Assembly (NCBI RefSeq): GCF_000143415.4
Contig: NW_003314269.1
Location: 1,088,797 to 1,152,796, forward strand
Origin: Selaginella moellendorffii
Taxonomy: Eukaryota; Plantae; Lycopodiophyta
Length of the DNA stretch: 64,000 nt
Direction of reading: 5' to 3'
A program made the position numbers and the translations under genes. The notes beneath the pieces were generated by a model. That model was not told the origin of the DNA. It saw nothing but the letters and a program-made list of their open reading frames with translations, and searched no databases. Below, piece after piece: positions 60,500 to 64,000 of the stretch; the first letter of the stretch is position 1, and each line of letters opens with the position of its first letter.

Positions 60500-61780
60500 A
60501 CCAATTTCAAATAACTTATTGAATATCTAAACATGTCAAGCCTATTTAAAGAACATGAATACAGTAATAAGTTTTTCTTGACTCTTCTTTAGGTTGAGAT
60601 TAAATATAGGGATAGTGATGAATCACAGGTGATTTGGTGCTTTAATTGTATATTATAATCATTTTCTAATTTTGAGGATCTTGTTGGTTTGTAACAATTA
60701 TTTATGGTCAAGTGGATTTAGTGCATTCACATTTTGGATGCACATTAAGATTTTAGAAACCAAGACCATGGGTTATCTTGCAACTTACCTTGGAATTTTA
60801 TAACCAACATTATACAAATATATATGAGTGGTTGATCCAAGTGTACAATAGGATATCTACACAAGAGTTACTTTACTATATTTAGACTAACATTCCTATG
60901 AATAGTGTTGGCATAAACTGGGGCATTATCAAATCTTGCTCTTCTTGTGAATCATGCATCTATCATGAATTCAGTAATGGATTTACACCAATGAAATACC
61001 TTAGAGAACTAGGCCATGAAGTACTTTGCAAAATAGTTTTATACCATTCTTCAATATTTATGTTTTGTGGTTTTGCAACGTATTACAAACTTATAACATA
61101 TGGTTTTTATGTTCACACCATAATTTATCATGTGATTCATTTCATTATTACTTGTGAGCTATCTACTACAAAAGATTCCCATGCCATTTTCAACATTTAT
61201 ATACAAGTTGTTTTCTGTTTTGGGTAGCCAAATGAATAAAGGACAACAACACTCTAGAACACAATATCGTAAAGAATAATATGAGTATTTTTAGGGTGTT
61301 GTGTCAAGAAGCTTTATATATAGAACATTAACATGTAATCAAGTATTAAGCTCATCTTTATCTATTATTTTCTAATATGACCTTTTATCTCTAGCACAAC
61401 AAGCATTTATGGTGTGAATTGTATGAGTTGGTTTGTTTTTACAAGCATCTCCTTGAGATATGAAATCTACATAAGGTCTATCTTTATAGATGTGGAGATT
61501 GTAAATTTAGATGTGCATATAGATTATTTCAAGCTATCCCATATATGTACAAACATATTTTAACCATTGGAGCAAGACCTCAAATAAGGATAAGCTGTTT
61601 TGTCATTAAAGTTTGCCAACTCTATTAAGGAAGGATATTGAGGATATACTTGGTATAATGATCTTTAGAGTTGACAAAGCTACGCTTAGAGAAGTAAATT
61701 GTTACTTATATATCCTTGACAACATAGCTGTTCTTTTATTATATGAATTAACAATAGTAAAAGACATGTATAAATAACTA
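60500..61780 (-). mobile_element. Possible degenerate copia RT/RNaseH relic
   Basis: Minus-strand traces resembling QxDVKTAFL-like and downstream RT segments. No intact ORF. Confidence 0.35.
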
Positions 61781-61799
61781 AATTTTCTATTCTATTTCA

Positions 61800-62945
61800 A
61801 TCACTTAACTACACATTTAACTATTTGAATGAGTATCATTCACAACCTCCATAACTCCTTATCCCAACTTAGAATACTTACCATAATCCCAAAGGTGGCC
61901 TTCAAGCCATATTGCCTCTACACTTGGTCCAAGTGCTCCACATGTTTAAGTCTCATATTAGATACCCAAAGATACTAATAATATATTTGCCCATTATGCT
62001 AAGGATATGTCTATTTTTGTTATTTTATGGTAGTCCAAGACCACCTATGCCACAGTTCTATCTCTCCAAGACTAGACCATTTGTCTATAAATGATTATCT
62101 CATAACCACACTTTAGTGTAATCAATTAAAAGGAATGACTTAAAAGATAATCCATAAGAGTTTAAATATAAAGGGACAAAGCTCATGAACAAGAATGCAC
62201 CCTTTTTTACCATGGCCTAACATAAGGGTGAATGAACTACACAAGGTATTCAAGTAAGTAGTGTCACCCATACTTGGATTAAGAACATTAATTATTCGAT
62301 CTCCTAAGGGAGCTAAAGCTAACTTTTAAACACTTCACGAAATCACTTGACTTATCCATTTATGTTCACTTTAGCCTTGGACTCTCTAGTGGTTATATTA
62401 TCACCCACCACATGGGTGTAACCTTCCCTAGCCCCACTAGTTCCACTGAAGTTTTCCCCTTATTATTTTGCATGGGATTTACTAAATCCCCTAGGGTCTA
62501 AGAGATGATTATTTTGAGCTTTCACCCTTGGACTTGGACTTGGATTTGAACTCGAACTTGAAATTGAACTTGGTTTTAGTCTTGGTCTTGGTTTTAGACT
62601 TAGACCCAGTCTAAACTTACATCTGAGACTTGATTTCATACTCGATCTCGAATTTGATCTCAAACTCAATTTTGGACTTGGTTTCGAACTTGATCTTGAA
62701 CTCAATCTTAAACACGGTCTTGACACTTCCAGATGCCATGATACTTACCATGTGTTGGTCCTTTTGGTTTTTTTTTTCTAGAAACTTGCTTATCAATCGC
62801 TTCATGTTCATTCTTCAAGCACTTTTTTTAGAGTTTCACTCTTGCTCTTGAATTTTTTGAGTTAGAACTTTTGGTTCGAGTGTGTTACACTTGTTAGGAT
62901 TCCACTTCAATCACTACCACGTAGCATACTTTCGGCTCTACTTTT
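61800..62945 (-). mobile_element. Fourth, heavily decayed minisatellite-family LTR
   Basis: ttggtccaagtgctccacatg, gagcttttcacccttggacttggac, a decayed repeat array at 62530-62710 and ttcggctctacttttg are collinear with 36285-37970. Confidence 0.75.
62117..62215 (+). mobile_element. Fragment of a second Cassandra-like LTR
   Basis: tgtaatcaattaaaaggaatgact...tttaaatataaagggacaaagctcatgaacaagaatgcaccc matches the reverse complement of 32805-32900. Confidence 0.7.
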
Positions 62946-63386
62946 GTAATGCATGTGATCATGGGATGAGATTGGATATATTATCACTATAAATCCTTTG
63001 GAACCTTGGGGGGTATATAAGAATAAACTAGCTGCTAAAGGCTTTCTTATTAAGTAATTGCCCTTTTTCCAGATGGCTTAAAAGGAGAGAGATAGACTGT
63101 ACTATACATGGTATTGAAGCAAATGGTATGGTTTGATTCCTATTAATTAATGGCTATTTAAAATATAATATACCCTTAAGTAAAATATATTCCTACCCCT
63201 AAAATTGAAATTGTATGTATTAAGCATTCATGAGTATGTCTAATACAATATAATGGTGCATTGCAGAAATTGAGTGTAGTGCATGTAATCATGGTAAATG
63301 AGGACATTGACATCTCTAAATTGGAACCTTACAACGTAGCATTTTTAATGCAAAAACATGGTTAGAATCTCAATAAATAGTATTTA

Positions 63387-63505
63387 CTCCATTTAGATCT
63401 CTTAATTGAATGAATGGTTAGAATCTCTAGTATGAATATATATATTTATAGGTCAAACCTCTAGACTTCAGCCATTATACATTCAATTAAGAGATCTAAA
63501 TGGAG
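63387..63505. mobile_element. Stowaway-like MITE / long hairpin
   Basis: Perfect 26-bp inverted arms ctccatttagatctcttaattgaatg / cattcaattaagagatctaaatggag, flanked by TA on both sides, with further imperfect inner pairing. Confidence 0.7.
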
Positions 63506-64000
63506 TAGATAAGCATCACATGTATGTGAAGTCAAGTAACTAGCTTAAAGCATGAAAAGTATCAACAAGGAGGCATCATGTTGTGATGGAAGTCATCATT
63601 ATCAACTACCACTTCAGAGCTTTGCAAAAATTAAGTTAATTTAAACAAGTGTTCCCAATTTCTTGAATTTTTTTATAAGTAGAGATTAGGGTTTATTATC
63701 TATTCATGATGATTCTTGGATTTCATCCTATACACCATCCAAGAATTAATGCAAATCATGGTGCAAAGATTGTTTCACTATCTTCCTTGTAAAGCTCTCC
63801 CCTTCCATAATCACACAGAGTCAATCATCTCATCTATTGCTATGGGAAGTATTAATTTCCTCATCAAGCCCTTGTTTTTCTCTTCCTTTTCCAACAAGAG
63901 TGCAGAATATAAGGTTGGATGTAGAGTAATGGGCAAAGAAGGAAAACAGCCCCTCGCTTTTGTTACAACACCAACTGCAAAACCTATCTTGCCAATTTAA

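Overview
Eukaryotic plant nuclear DNA. Very short introns and intergenic spacers, GC-rich CDSs and a PLS-type PPR gene point to a lycophyte such as Selaginella (inferred from sequence style, not checked). The window has two domains. About 1-23.5 kb is a very dense gene island: microbial-type 2OG-Fe(II) oxygenase (cut by the window edge), GT8 glycosyltransferase, PPR, cytidine deaminase, PWWP protein, ARID-HMG protein, tRNA-Lys(CTT), intronless plastid pyrophosphatase, frameshifted BURP pseudogene, M1 aminopeptidase, GH17-X8 glucanase, RWP-RK factor, GIY-YIG/SLX1-like nuclease and a BIR-like LRR pseudokinase. About 23.5-64 kb is a nested transposon block: a tRNA-Ala-primed Ty3/gypsy family with 175-bp LTRs, a non-coding LARD-like element with near-identical LTRs, a truncated copia, minisatellite-bearing solo LTRs, a 5S-rRNA-carrying Cassandra-like TRIM, LINE/copia relics, a 700-bp microsatellite and a Stowaway-like MITE. 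The most striking candidate is an extremely AT-rich gene inside the TE block (44259-45227, interrupted by an assembly gap). It encodes a signal peptide, a domain that aligns by eye with the ribosome-inactivating-protein A chain, and a GNA-type mannose-binding lectin domain, so it may be an unconventional AB-toxin-like chimera. All family calls are by motif recognition; no searches were run.
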